Assembly (NCBI GenBank): GCA_016179745.1
Contig: JACPCP010000016.1
Span: 10,819-74,818 of the forward strand
Source: Candidatus Omnitrophota bacterium
Lineage (GTDB): Bacteria; Omnitrophota; Omnitrophia; Omnitrophales; JACQLI01
Direction: 5' to 3'
Length of the DNA stretch: 64,000 nucleotides
Shown here piece after piece: positions 55,899-64,000 of the stretch. The position numbers were made by a program, and so were the translations under genes. The notes under the pieces are model-generated. The model was given only the letters and a program-made list of their open reading frames with translations, was not told where the DNA came from and made no database searches. The number at the start of each line of letters is the position of its first letter. Position 1 is the stretch's first letter.

Positions 55899-56162
55899 AT
55901 GGAAAATTCCCGGCCCAGTCCGAGGCTTCGGGAGGGCGTGGTCTTGAAGGACCGGATGAATAAAACCCGGGTCGTGGCGGTGACCCGGCTTTACCGGGAC
56001 CCCCAGTTTGACAAGGTCATCAAGAGGCGGGTCCAGTATGCAGTCCATGATGAGAAGAACGAATCTCATACGGGCGACCGTGTCCGTATCGTAGAGACCC
56101 GTGCCCTTTCCAAGACGAAACGGTGGCGGATGATCAAGCTCGTGGAGAAGGCGAAACTTTAA
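55899..56162 (+). CDS. rpsQ: 30S ribosomal protein S17
   Basis: REGVVLKDRMNKTRVVAV...YAVHDEKNESHTGDRVRIVETRALSKTKRW. Confidence 0.95.
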   Translation: MENSRPSPRLREGVVLKDRMNKTRVVAVTRLYRDPQFDKVIKRRVQYAVHDEKNESHTGDRVRIVETRALSKTKRWRMIKLVEKAKL

Positions 56163-56165
56163 GTC

Positions 56166-56534
56166 ATGATTCAAATGCGGACCATTTTGGACATTGCGGA
56201 CAACAGCGGGGCCACCCGGGCCTCGATGATCGGCGTCATCGGCCGGCGGGGCAAGCGGAGTGCCGTGATCGGCGACATTATCACGGCGAACGTGAAGGAG
56301 GCCATTCCGGGAGCGACCGTCAAAAAAGGCGAGGTCGTTCGGGCGGTCGTGGTCCGGACCCGGGGTCCGGTCCGGCGGCCTGACGGGACTACGGTCCGGT
56401 TCAATTCCAATGCCATGGTCATTATCGACAACCAAAAAAATCCGAGAGGGACCCGGATCTTTGGGCCGGTCCCGAGAGAGCTCCGGGACAAGGAATTCAC
56501 AAAGATCCTATCTCTTGCGCCCGAGGTTGTATGA
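56166..56534 (+). CDS. rplN: 50S ribosomal protein L14
   Basis: [16 protein letters not shown]...[11 protein letters not shown]...[13 protein letters not shown]. Confidence 0.97.
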   Translation: MIQMRTILDIADNSGATRASMIGVIGRRGKRSAVIGDIITANVKEAIPGATVKKGEVVRAVVVRTRGPVRRPDGTTVRFNSNAMVIIDNQKNPRGTRIFGPVPRELRDKEFTKILSLAPEVV

Positions 56535-56839
56535 AACTGAAAAAGAATGATCAGGTGGCGGTGATCACCGGCAAGGACCGGGGAAAGAAGGGCAGGGTCC
56601 TCCAGGTATTTCCGGAGCGGGGGCGGGTGCTGGTGGAGGCCGTCAACTACAAGATCGTCCACAAGCGTCCGACGAAGGACAATCCAAAGGGCGGGATCGC
56701 CCAGGTGGAAGGGCCGCTTGCCCTTTCCAACGTGATGCTGGTTTGTCCCCGGTGCTCAAAGCCCACGAGGGCTGGCTACAGCTTCTTGTCGGACGGGACC
56801 AAACAGAGAATTTGCAAGAAATGCCGGGAAATTTTCTAA
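56531..56839 (+). CDS. rplX: 50S ribosomal protein L24
   Basis: [28 protein letters not shown] motif. Confidence 0.95.
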   Translation: MKLKKNDQVAVITGKDRGKKGRVLQVFPERGRVLVEAVNYKIVHKRPTKDNPKGGIAQVEGPLALSNVMLVCPRCSKPTRAGYSFLSDGTKQRICKKCREIF

Positions 56840-56840
56840 G

Positions 56841-57410
56841 ATGACGACCCAAACAGAGACTTATGTTCCTCGATTACTCAGGAAATACCGGGAGGAAATC
56901 GCTCCGGCCCTGATGCGGGAGTTTGGTTACAAGCATCGTCTCGCCGTGCCCCGCCTGGTGAAAATTTCGATCAATATGGGAGTCAAGGAAGGCGGCACGG
57001 ACATCAAGATTTTGGATGCGGTTGCGGGAGACCTCGCCTTGATCACGGGCCAGAAGCCCCTGGTGACCCGGGCGCACAAGTCGATTTCGGCTTTCAAATT
57101 ACGGGAAGGCTCTCCCATCGGGCTTAAGCTCACGCTCCGGGGCGCCCGGATGTATGAATTTTTTGACCGCCTCGTCAACGTGGCCATGCCCCGCATCCGT
57201 GATTTTCGCGGGCTCCCGGATTCCAGTTTTGACGGACGGGGCAACCTGACCGTCGGCCTCGAGGAGCAGATTATTTTTCCGGAAGTGGAGTACGACAAGG
57301 TAAAGAAGGTCCAGGGAATGGACATCACGTTTGTCACCACGGCCGAAAAAGATCCGGAGGCAAAACGGCTGCTGGAAGGGTTTGGCTTTCCCTTCAGAAA
57401 GAGTTCGTAA
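56841..57410 (+). CDS. rplE: 50S ribosomal protein L5
   Basis: [27 protein letters not shown] and [19 protein letters not shown] motifs. Confidence 0.97.
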   Translation: MTTQTETYVPRLLRKYREEIAPALMREFGYKHRLAVPRLVKISINMGVKEGGTDIKILDAVAGDLALITGQKPLVTRAHKSISAFKLREGSPIGLKLTLRGARMYEFFDRLVNVAMPRIRDFRGLPDSSFDGRGNLTVGLEEQIIFPEVEYDKVKKVQGMDITFVTTAEKDPEAKRLLEGFGFPFRKSS

Positions 57411-57418
57411 GGAAAATC

Positions 57419-57604
57419 ATGGCAAAAAAATGTTTGGTGATCAAACAACGGCAGGAACCCAAATTTCCGGTCCGCCGGTATTTTCGATGCAAAGCCTGCG
57501 GGCGTTCCGGAGGTTACATCCGGAAGTTTGCGCTCTGCCGGATCTGTTTTCGGGAACTCGCCTACGAGGGTGTGATTCCCGGCGTGACCAAATCGAGCTG
57601 GTAA
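57419..57604 (+). CDS. rpsZ: 30S ribosomal protein S14, type Z (zinc-binding, 61 aa)
   Basis: [23 protein letters not shown] (CxxC...CxxC). Confidence 0.95.
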   Translation: MAKKCLVIKQRQEPKFPVRRYFRCKACGRSGGYIRKFALCRICFRELAYEGVIPGVTKSSW

Positions 57605-57620
57605 CTTCAAAAGGAAAAAG

Positions 57621-58019
57621 ATGACAAGCACGGACTTTATCGGTGATTTTCTGACCCGGGTGCGGAATGCCTCCCGGGCGGGCAAGGACCGGCTGACGGC
57701 GCCGGCCTCCCGGTTGACGTCACGCCTGGCCGAGATTCTGAAGGAAGAAGGTTTTATTGAGGGCTTCAAGTGTTTCAGCGAAGGCAACAAACAATTCATC
57801 CGGATTCAGCTCAAGTATCTCCGGGGCCGCCAGCCGGCGATTCAGGGGATCGAGCGGGTCTCCAAACCCGGCTGCCGGATCTACGTGGGGGCGGGTGAGA
57901 TTCCGAGGGTTCTGGGGGGGTTGGGCGTCGGCGTGGTTTCCACCTCCAAGGGGATTGTGGTCGACCGGGAGGCCCGAAAGACCCGGATGGGCGGCGAATT
58001 CCTCTGTAAGGTTTGGTAA
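57621..58019 (+). CDS. rpsH: 30S ribosomal protein S8
   Basis: DFIGDFLTRVRNA...ILKEEGFI...GVGVVSTSKGIV. Confidence 0.96.
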   Translation: MTSTDFIGDFLTRVRNASRAGKDRLTAPASRLTSRLAEILKEEGFIEGFKCFSEGNKQFIRIQLKYLRGRQPAIQGIERVSKPGCRIYVGAGEIPRVLGGLGVGVVSTSKGIVVDREARKTRMGGEFLCKVW

Positions 58020-58028
58020 GGAAGAAAA

Positions 58029-58565
58029 ATGTCACGAGTCGGCAGAAAACCTATTTTGATTCCTGAGAAGGTGAAGGTCCAGATCCAGGGGGACGAAGTC
58101 CGGGTGGAAGGCCCGAAAGGGAAGCTCGCTTGGCGGTTTCATCCCCGGATGAAAGTAGCGCTTACGGCCAATCAGCTGGTGGTGGAACGGCCCACCAATA
58201 TCCGGACCGACCGGTCGCTCCACGGTGTCACCCGGAGCCTTCTGAACAATATGGTCCACGGGGTGACCGAGGGTTATACCAAGGAGCTTGAAATCGAGGG
58301 CATCGGTTACAAGGCCCAGGCAAGCGGGCGGAAACTTGTTTTAAATTTGGGGTTTACCCACGCCATCGAGTTTGCCATCCCCGAGGGGATTGAGATCAAG
58401 ACTCCGAAACCGACGCAGATTGTCGTGACGGGGATCGACCGCCAGAAGGTGGGCCAGGTGGCGGCCGATATCCGGCATTTTCACGAGCCCGAACCTTATA
58501 AAGGAAAAGGGATTCATTACGTGGGAGAAAAGGTTCGCCGGAAACAGGGAAAGACAACGGCCTAA
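58029..58565 (+). CDS. rplF: 50S ribosomal protein L6
   Basis: MSRVGRKPILIP...GIGYKA...EPYKGKGI. Confidence 0.96.
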   Translation: MSRVGRKPILIPEKVKVQIQGDEVRVEGPKGKLAWRFHPRMKVALTANQLVVERPTNIRTDRSLHGVTRSLLNNMVHGVTEGYTKELEIEGIGYKAQASGRKLVLNLGFTHAIEFAIPEGIEIKTPKPTQIVVTGIDRQKVGQVAADIRHFHEPEPYKGKGIHYVGEKVRRKQGKTTA

Positions 58566-58577
58566 AGGAATTCATTG

Positions 58578-58943
58578 ATGATCAAAACTCAGACAGACCA
58601 AAGGAGAAAACGGCACTTGAGAATCCGGCGCCATTTGGTGGGCTCTGCCGAGCGGCCCCGGCTCACGGTCTTCCGTTCCAACAAGCATTTGTATGCGCAG
58701 CTCGTGGATGATCTTCAGGCGAAGACCCTCTTTTCTTTTTCGACGGCGGCGAAGAAATTCAAGCGGGTGGCGCCGAAGGGGGGGCTGACGGTGGCCGTGG
58801 CCCAGAAGCTGGGAGAGGTTTTCGGGCCGGAAATCGCTGCCAAGAAAATCAAAAAAATCGTATTCGACCGGGCCGGCTATCAATACCACGGCCGGGTCAA
58901 GGCGCTGGCCGAATCGCTTCGGCAGGCGGGATTGGAATTTTAG
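58578..58943 (+). CDS. rplR: 50S ribosomal protein L18
   Basis: RLTVFRSNKHLYAQLVDD and FDRAGYQYHGRVKALAESLRQAGLEF. Confidence 0.95.
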   Translation: MIKTQTDQRRKRHLRIRRHLVGSAERPRLTVFRSNKHLYAQLVDDLQAKTLFSFSTAAKKFKRVAPKGGLTVAVAQKLGEVFGPEIAAKKIKKIVFDRAGYQYHGRVKALAESLRQAGLEF

Positions 58944-59528
58944 ATGGGAACCGAGAAAGAAAAGGTCGTTACTCCTCCGGAAGTGAACGTGACAGCGGCG
59001 CCGGGAAAAGAAACCGAGAAAAGCCAAATCCCGGCAAACGCTTTTTTCCAAAGTTCTCCGGCCGCCACCCCCTACGAAAAGGTCATTCAGGTCAATCGCT
59101 GTGCCAAGGTGGTCAAGGGCGGCAGACGGTTCCATTTCAGCGCCCTCGTGGTCACCGGCAACGGCCTGGGCGAAGTCGGTTATGCCCTGGGGAAGGCCAA
59201 TGAGGTGGCGGACGCCATCCGGAAGGGCGTGGCCCAGGCCCAGAAGAGAAAAATCAAAATCCTGATGAAGGGGACGACGATCCCGCACGAAGTCATCGGC
59301 CGTTACGGGGCGGCCAGGGTCCTCCTGAAGCCGGCGGCGCCCGGGACCGGGATCATTGCCGGCGGACCGGTGCGCGCCGTCTGCGAATCCGTAGGCATCA
59401 AAGACATCCTGACCAAAAGTCTCGGGAGCGACAACCCGGTGAATGTGCTCAAGGCAACCCTCGAAGGGCTTTTGACGCTGGCCGACCGGAAGGTCCGTCT
59501 GGATCCAATTTCGGAGGCGGTGTCGTAA
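58944..59528 (+). CDS. rpsE: 30S ribosomal protein S5, with a ~30-aa N-terminal extension
   Basis: [28 protein letters not shown] and [13 protein letters not shown] motifs. Confidence 0.95.
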   Translation: MGTEKEKVVTPPEVNVTAAPGKETEKSQIPANAFFQSSPAATPYEKVIQVNRCAKVVKGGRRFHFSALVVTGNGLGEVGYALGKANEVADAIRKGVAQAQKRKIKILMKGTTIPHEVIGRYGAARVLLKPAAPGTGIIAGGPVRAVCESVGIKDILTKSLGSDNPVNVLKATLEGLLTLADRKVRLDPISEAVS

Positions 59529-59530
59529 TC

Positions 59531-59956
59531 ATGCGCGCTAAATTTCCCTACCAGAAACGGAAAAAACGTGTCGGCCACGGCCCGGGCTCCGGCCACGGGA
59601 AGACCTCGTGCCGGGGCGGGAAGGGCTACACGGCAAGGACCGGTTCCACCCGCCGGCCGGGTTTTGAAGGAGGACAGACTCCCTTTTACCGGAAGATGCC
59701 CAAGCGGGGGTTCAATCATCCGAAGCAAAACGAATTTGCGATCGTGAATATCGAAAAACTTTCAGGCCTGGGAGAAAAAGAGATTACCCCCGAGACGCTC
59801 TTGCAAGAAGGGGTGATTCATGAGCTCGGTGGCGGGCTCAAGATCCTCGGAGACGGAAAATTGAAAAAGGCGCTGGTCGTGCGCGCCCACCGGTTCTCGA
59901 AACAGGCAAAGGAAAAAATTGAAGCGGCCGGGGGCCAGGCGGTGGTGATTTCATGA
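59531..59956 (+). CDS. rplO: 50S ribosomal protein L15
   Basis: RVGHGPGSGHGKTSCRGGKG...GFEGGQTPFYRKMPKRGF. It starts 3 nt after rpsE, so no L30 gene lies between them. Confidence 0.95.
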   Translation: MRAKFPYQKRKKRVGHGPGSGHGKTSCRGGKGYTARTGSTRRPGFEGGQTPFYRKMPKRGFNHPKQNEFAIVNIEKLSGLGEKEITPETLLQEGVIHELGGGLKILGDGKLKKALVVRAHRFSKQAKEKIEAAGGQAVVIS

Positions 59957-61308
59957 TCCGGGCCTTCGCCAATATTTTCAAAGTCCCCGAGCTCACCCGG
60001 AAGGTGCTGTTTACGCTGGCCATCATTGCGGTCTATCGGGTGGGCACGTATGTCCCGACCCCCGGGATTGACGGGCACGCCCTGGCCCGGTTTTTCCAGT
60101 CGATTTCCCAGACGCCGGGCGGGACGCTCTTTGGCATCATGGGGATGTTTTCCGGGGGCGCCCTCCAGAAGGCGACGGTGTTTGCCCTCGGGATCATGCC
60201 CTACATTTCAGCCTCCATCATTCTTCAGCTTCTGACGGTTGTCTTCCCGGCCCTCGAAAAAATGGCGAAGGAAGGCGAGGAGGGCCGGAAAAAAATTATT
60301 CAATACACCCGCTACGGAACGGTGCTTTTGGCCATCGTCCAAACTTTCTTCATTTCACTCTGGCTTGAGAATCCCAATGCCTTTCAGGGGACGGTGATTG
60401 TCCCGAACCCGGGCTGGGGGTTTCGGCTGATGACGATCCTTACTCTGACGACAGGGACGGCTTTCATCATGTGGCTCGGCGAGCAAATCGACCAATACGG
60501 AATCGGAAACGGAATGTCCGTGATCATTACAGCCGGGATCATCGAGTCGATCCCGACCGCTCTTTGGCAGACCTGGGTCCTGGTGTCGCCCCTGGACCCG
60601 GCGAGGCAGCAGCTTAGTTACTGGAAGCTTGGGCTGTTGCTGGTTCTCTTTGTTTTCACGACGCTTTCCGTGGTGCTGATCATTCAGGGCCAGCGGAAGA
60701 TTCCGGTCCAGTATGCGAAGCAGATCCGGGGCCACCGGGTCTACGGCGGGCAGGCGACTTACCTGCCGCTCAAGGTGAACCAGGCGGGCGTGATTCCGAT
60801 CATCTTTGCCCAGTCCGTGATTCTCTTTCCGGCGACCCTGGCCGGGTTTTTCCCCAAGGCGGGATTTTTGAGCACGACGGCCACCTTTCTCAATCCGGGC
60901 AGCCTGCTTTATTCGGTCCTCTACGGGCTCTTTATCATCTTTTTCACGTTTTTTTACACGGCGATTACTTTTAATCCCGTGGAGGTGAGCGAAAACCTCC
61001 AGAAATTCGGCGGCTTTGTTCCGGGGATCCGGCCGGGGCGGAACACCTCCGAGTATCTGGATTATGTGATGACCCGGATTGCGGCCAGCGGTGCGGTCTT
61101 TCTCGCCATCATTGCGCTCTTTCCTAATATCATTTCGTCGCCCAAGGTGCTGAATATTCCGTTCCTGGTGGCGAGCTTTTTCGGCGGCACCGGGCTCCTT
61201 ATCATTGTGGGCGTGGTCCTCGATACGATGAAGACGATCGAGTCCCAGCTTCTGATGCGTCATTACGAGGGGTTCATTCGAAAGGGCCGGCTTCGGGCCC
61301 GGCGTTGA
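59953..61308 (+). CDS. secY: Preprotein translocase subunit SecY
   Basis: 10-TM profile, with GIMPYISASIILQLL and GFVPGIRPGRNT motifs. Confidence 0.97.
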   Translation: MIRAFANIFKVPELTRKVLFTLAIIAVYRVGTYVPTPGIDGHALARFFQSISQTPGGTLFGIMGMFSGGALQKATVFALGIMPYISASIILQLLTVVFPALEKMAKEGEEGRKKIIQYTRYGTVLLAIVQTFFISLWLENPNAFQGTVIVPNPGWGFRLMTILTLTTGTAFIMWLGEQIDQYGIGNGMSVIITAGIIESIPTALWQTWVLVSPLDPARQQLSYWKLGLLLVLFVFTTLSVVLIIQGQRKIPVQYAKQIRGHRVYGGQATYLPLKVNQAGVIPIIFAQSVILFPATLAGFFPKAGFLSTTATFLNPGSLLYSVLYGLFIIFFTFFYTAITFNPVEVSENLQKFGGFVPGIRPGRNTSEYLDYVMTRIAASGAVFLAIIALFPNIISSPKVLNIPFLVASFFGGTGLLIIVGVVLDTMKTIESQLLMRHYEGFIRKGRLRARR

Positions 61309-61330
61309 CGGGCGGCCGGGCTTCGGTGTT

Positions 61331-61996
61331 ATGCGCTTGATCCTGTTCGGCCCGCCGGGTGCGGGAAAAGGGACCCACGCCCGGGTCCTGGCTGAGACGT
61401 GGCAGGTGCCTCATTGGGCGACGGGCGATATTTTGCGGCGCCACATCCGGGAGGGGACGGAGCTCGGGAAACGGGCCAAGGCGGTTCTGGCGAAAGGCGA
61501 ACTGGTCTCAGATGCGCTTGTGAATGAGCTGATGATCGATCAAATGTCCGAGCCGGACGGGAAGCGGGGTTTCATCCTGGATGGTTACCCCCGCACCGTG
61601 GGCCAGGCCGACGCCCTTGAAAATTTTCTCAAGAGACAAAATGAAAAGCTGGACGTTGCTCTTTATTTTAAGACCTCCGTTGAGGTGATTGTGGACCGGC
61701 TTTCGGGCCGGCGGTCCTGTCCCCAGTGCGGGGCGAATTACCATGTTCGCAACATCCCGCCCCGGGTCGAGGGGGTGTGCGACCGATGCCAGTCAAAATT
61801 GGTCGAACGGGCGGATGACCGGCCGGAGACAGTCCGGCACCGGCTTGAAGTTTACGAGAAGGAGACCTCACCGCTCCTCGACTATTATCGAAGGCGGGGG
61901 CTTTTGAAAGAGGTTCCGGGCGACCTGGATGTGGCCGAGCTTCAAGTGAAACTCAGGAAGATCCTGGCCGGGTTGGCGAAGCAAACCACCGGATGA
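61331..61996 (+). CDS. adk: Adenylate kinase (zinc-lid type)
   Basis: P-loop GPPGAGKGT and lid CPQCGANYH...CDRCQSKL. Confidence 0.95.
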   Translation: MRLILFGPPGAGKGTHARVLAETWQVPHWATGDILRRHIREGTELGKRAKAVLAKGELVSDALVNELMIDQMSEPDGKRGFILDGYPRTVGQADALENFLKRQNEKLDVALYFKTSVEVIVDRLSGRRSCPQCGANYHVRNIPPRVEGVCDRCQSKLVERADDRPETVRHRLEVYEKETSPLLDYYRRRGLLKEVPGDLDVAELQVKLRKILAGLAKQTTG

Positions 61997-62745
61997 TCCG
62001 TCTGAAGTCGAAACGGGAAATTATTATCATGCAGAAGGCGGCAGCGATCCTTCGCCAGGCTTTTGAACGGTTGCAGCCGGCCGTGCGGGAGGGAGTGACC
62101 ACGTTGGAACTGGACAGGATTGCCGAGGAGGCCATTCGGCGCTCGGGCGGCATCCCGGCCTTCAAAGGCTACCGGGGATTTCCGGCGACCCTGTGCGTCT
62201 CAGTCAATGAGGAAGTGGTTCATGGGATCCCGTCCCGGCGGAGGCTCCAGACAGGGGACTTGGCGAGCCTGGACCTGGGCGCAAAATTTGAAGGTTATTA
62301 TGCGGACGCTGCAAGGAGTTATCCGGTGGGAAAGGGTTCGGCGGAGGCCATGAAATTGATCCGGGTGGCCGAAGAAGCCTTTCGGGCCGGGCTTCAGGCG
62401 GTGAGGGGGCCGGCGAGAAGGATTGGCGACATTTCCCACGCCGTCCAGGCGGTTGTTGAAAAAAACGGTTTTTCCGTGGTCCGGGATTATGTCGGGCACG
62501 GAATCGGGCAGGCCATTCACGAGGAGCCCCAGATCCCCAATTACGGAAAAGCCGGACAGGGGCCCCGGATTGAGCCCGGCCTGGCCGTTGCGATTGAGCC
62601 GATGGTCACGGCCGGAGACCCTGCGGTCCAGACCCTGGAAGACGGATGGACGGTGGTGACCCGGGACGGCCGCTGGGCCAGCCACTATGAGGACACTGTG
62701 GTGTTTACCGAAGACGGCCCGGTCAATTTGACCGGGGGAAACTGA
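61993..62745 (+). CDS. map: Type I methionine aminopeptidase
   Basis: GYRGFPATLCVSVNEEVVHGIP, DLGAKFEGYYADAAR, GHGIGQAIHEEP. Confidence 0.95.
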   Translation: MIRLKSKREIIIMQKAAAILRQAFERLQPAVREGVTTLELDRIAEEAIRRSGGIPAFKGYRGFPATLCVSVNEEVVHGIPSRRRLQTGDLASLDLGAKFEGYYADAARSYPVGKGSAEAMKLIRVAEEAFRAGLQAVRGPARRIGDISHAVQAVVEKNGFSVVRDYVGHGIGQAIHEEPQIPNYGKAGQGPRIEPGLAVAIEPMVTAGDPAVQTLEDGWTVVTRDGRWASHYEDTVVFTEDGPVNLTGGN

Positions 62746-62754
62746 CTCTCGAAA

Positions 62755-62973
62755 ATGCCGAAAGAAGATGCCATTGAGGTCGAAGGCAAAGTGGTTGAGC
62801 CCCTGCCCAATGCGATGTTCCGGGTGGAGCTCGACAACGGACACAAGGTGCTGGCGCACGTTTCGGGAAAAATGAGGATGCATTACATCCGGATCCTTCG
62901 GGGTGACCGGGTCAAGCTGGAGCTTTCGCCCTACGACCTGACCCGGGGGCGGATCACCTTCCGGATCAAATAG
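62755..62973 (+). CDS. infA: Translation initiation factor IF-1
   Basis: [34 protein letters not shown]. Confidence 0.96.
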   Translation: MPKEDAIEVEGKVVEPLPNAMFRVELDNGHKVLAHVSGKMRMHYIRILRGDRVKLELSPYDLTRGRITFRIK

Positions 62974-62989
62974 GGACCTTCTTGAAATT

Positions 62990-63103
62990 ATGAAAGTTCG
63001 AAGCTCGGTCAAAAAAATTTGTGAGCACTGCAAGATCATTCGGCGCAAGGGGATCGTCTACGTGATTTGCCAAAATCCGAAACACAAGCAGCGACAGGGC
63101 TAG
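62990..63103 (+). CDS. rpmJ: 50S ribosomal protein L36
   Basis: 37-aa ORF not in the track: [37 protein letters not shown]. Confidence 0.9.
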   Translation: MKVRSSVKKICEHCKIIRRKGIVYVICQNPKHKQRQG

Positions 63104-63126
63104 GCCCAGGGAGAAGAAAATTTAAC

Positions 63127-63516
63127 ATGCCACGTATCTTGGGAGTTGATATTCCGCCGGAGAAGCGAACCGAGATTGCCTTGACCTACATTTACGGGAT
63201 CGGCCGTTCCCGGGCCAGCCGCATTTTAACGGAGGCCAAGATCGATCCCGCCAAGCGCGCCAAGGAATTGAGCGACAAGGAAGTCTTCGGGATCACGACG
63301 GCCATTCAGAAAAGCGGTTTCAAGATTGAAGGAGACCTCCGGCGGGAAGTCCAGCAGAACATCCGCCGCCTGATTGATATCCGCTGCTACAAGGGGCAGC
63401 GCCACGTGCGGGGCCTTCCCGTCAGAGGACAAAGAAGCCATACCAATGCCCGGACCCGGAAGGGGCCGCGGAAGACGGTGGGGGGGCTCTTGAAGAAACC
63501 ACCCGCTCCCAAATAA
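63127..63516 (+). CDS. rpsM: 30S ribosomal protein S13
   Basis: [10 protein letters not shown]...[13 protein letters not shown]...[22 protein letters not shown] 63127 is preferred over the track start, which overlaps rpmJ. Confidence 0.96.
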   Translation: MPRILGVDIPPEKRTEIALTYIYGIGRSRASRILTEAKIDPAKRAKELSDKEVFGITTAIQKSGFKIEGDLRREVQQNIRRLIDIRCYKGQRHVRGLPVRGQRSHTNARTRKGPRKTVGGLLKKPPAPK

Positions 63517-63536
63517 AAAAGGAGTCTTAGATTCGA

Positions 63537-63908
63537 ATGGCAAAGAAAAGCAAAGTCAAAAATATTGCGCGGGGCGTCGCCCACATTCAGGCAAGCTTCA
63601 ACAACACAACCATCACGATCACCGACCCCCATGGAAACGTGGTCTGCTGGTCCAGTTCCGGTGCGGCCGGTTTCAAGGGGTCCAAGAAGTCCACTCCCTT
63701 TGCGGCCCAGCGCGCCTCGGAAATGGCGGCCAAGAAGGCGATGGAAAATGGAATGAAAGAAGTGGAAGTTTTCATCAAGGGACCCGGGTCCGGCCGTGAA
63801 TCGGCGATCCGGGCGCTTCAAGCCGCCGGCCTTCAAATTACCCTGATCCGGGACGTGACGCCCCTGCCGCACAACGGCTGCCGGCCTCCGAAGAGGAGGA
63901 GGGTCTGA
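63537..63908 (+). CDS. rpsK: 30S ribosomal protein S11
   Basis: [22 protein letters not shown]...[11 protein letters not shown]...[13 protein letters not shown]. Confidence 0.97.
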   Translation: MAKKSKVKNIARGVAHIQASFNNTTITITDPHGNVVCWSSSGAAGFKGSKKSTPFAAQRASEMAAKKAMENGMKEVEVFIKGPGSGRESAIRALQAAGLQITLIRDVTPLPHNGCRPPKRRRV

Positions 63909-64000
63909 TGGCCAGGCTCATTCAGCCGGTCTGCCGGCTCTGCAGGCGGGAAGGGATTAAATTATTTCTCAAGGGGATCCGCTGCAGCGGGGACAAGTGC
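63908..64000 (+). CDS. rpsD: 30S ribosomal protein S4, truncated at the 3' window edge
   Basis: [31 protein letters not shown] (N-terminal Zn-finger region). ATG overlaps the rpsK TGA. Confidence 0.9.
   Translation, partial: MARLIQPVCRLCRREGIKLFLKGIRCSGDKC

Overview
This is a 64-kb stretch of a moderately GC-rich bacterial chromosome. Almost every gene is on the + strand, tightly packed, and many start and stop codons overlap. I could not run any database search. All calls rest on reading the supplied translations and the DNA for family motifs, synteny and RNA structure.

The right half (34.7-64 kb) is the classical translation and transcription super-operon. It runs tRNA-Gly, tRNA-Thr, tuf, rpmG, tRNA-Trp, secE, nusG, rplKAJL, rpoBC, rpsLG, fusA, then the S10, spc and alpha ribosomal-protein blocks through secY, adk, map, infA, rpmJ, rpsM, rpsK and the start of rpsD. 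L30 is absent and S14 is the zinc type.

The left half is mostly housekeeping: hemL, a polyprenyl synthase, rsmI, purN, eno, ftsB, tilS, ftsH, folP, yebC, ruvC, ruvA, ruvB, cdaA, cdaR, nnrD, lptF/G, glgC, aguB and aguA, an APC permease and gpmA.

The unusual content clusters around the tRNA genes.
1. The initiator tRNA-fMet is split by a 254-nt group I intron with no ORF.
2. A 97-nt structured repeat sits directly 3' of two different tRNAs (Met-CAU and Gly-UCC) that share the T-arm sequence TTCGATTCCCTCC. Each copy ends with an exact 18-19-nt copy of its own host tRNA's 3' end. I do not recognise this architecture, and it is my best candidate for something undescribed.
3. tRNA-Trp is preceded by a copy of its own first 28 nt, interrupted in the D-loop by a 42-nt twin hairpin.

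Other points of interest:
- a small accessory cluster between two CAU tRNAs, containing a DUF1016_N-SNase fusion nuclease, an exported DUF4430 protein coupled to a B12-type radical SAM enzyme, and a GH57 enzyme
- a PilZ gene inserted between ruvA and ruvB, with cdaA fused onto the ruvB stop codon
- a pdxJ gene carrying an internal deletion plus a frameshift
- several candidate promoter, hairpin and small-ORF units in AT-richer spacers

I found no CRISPR array, rRNA gene, IS element or transposase.
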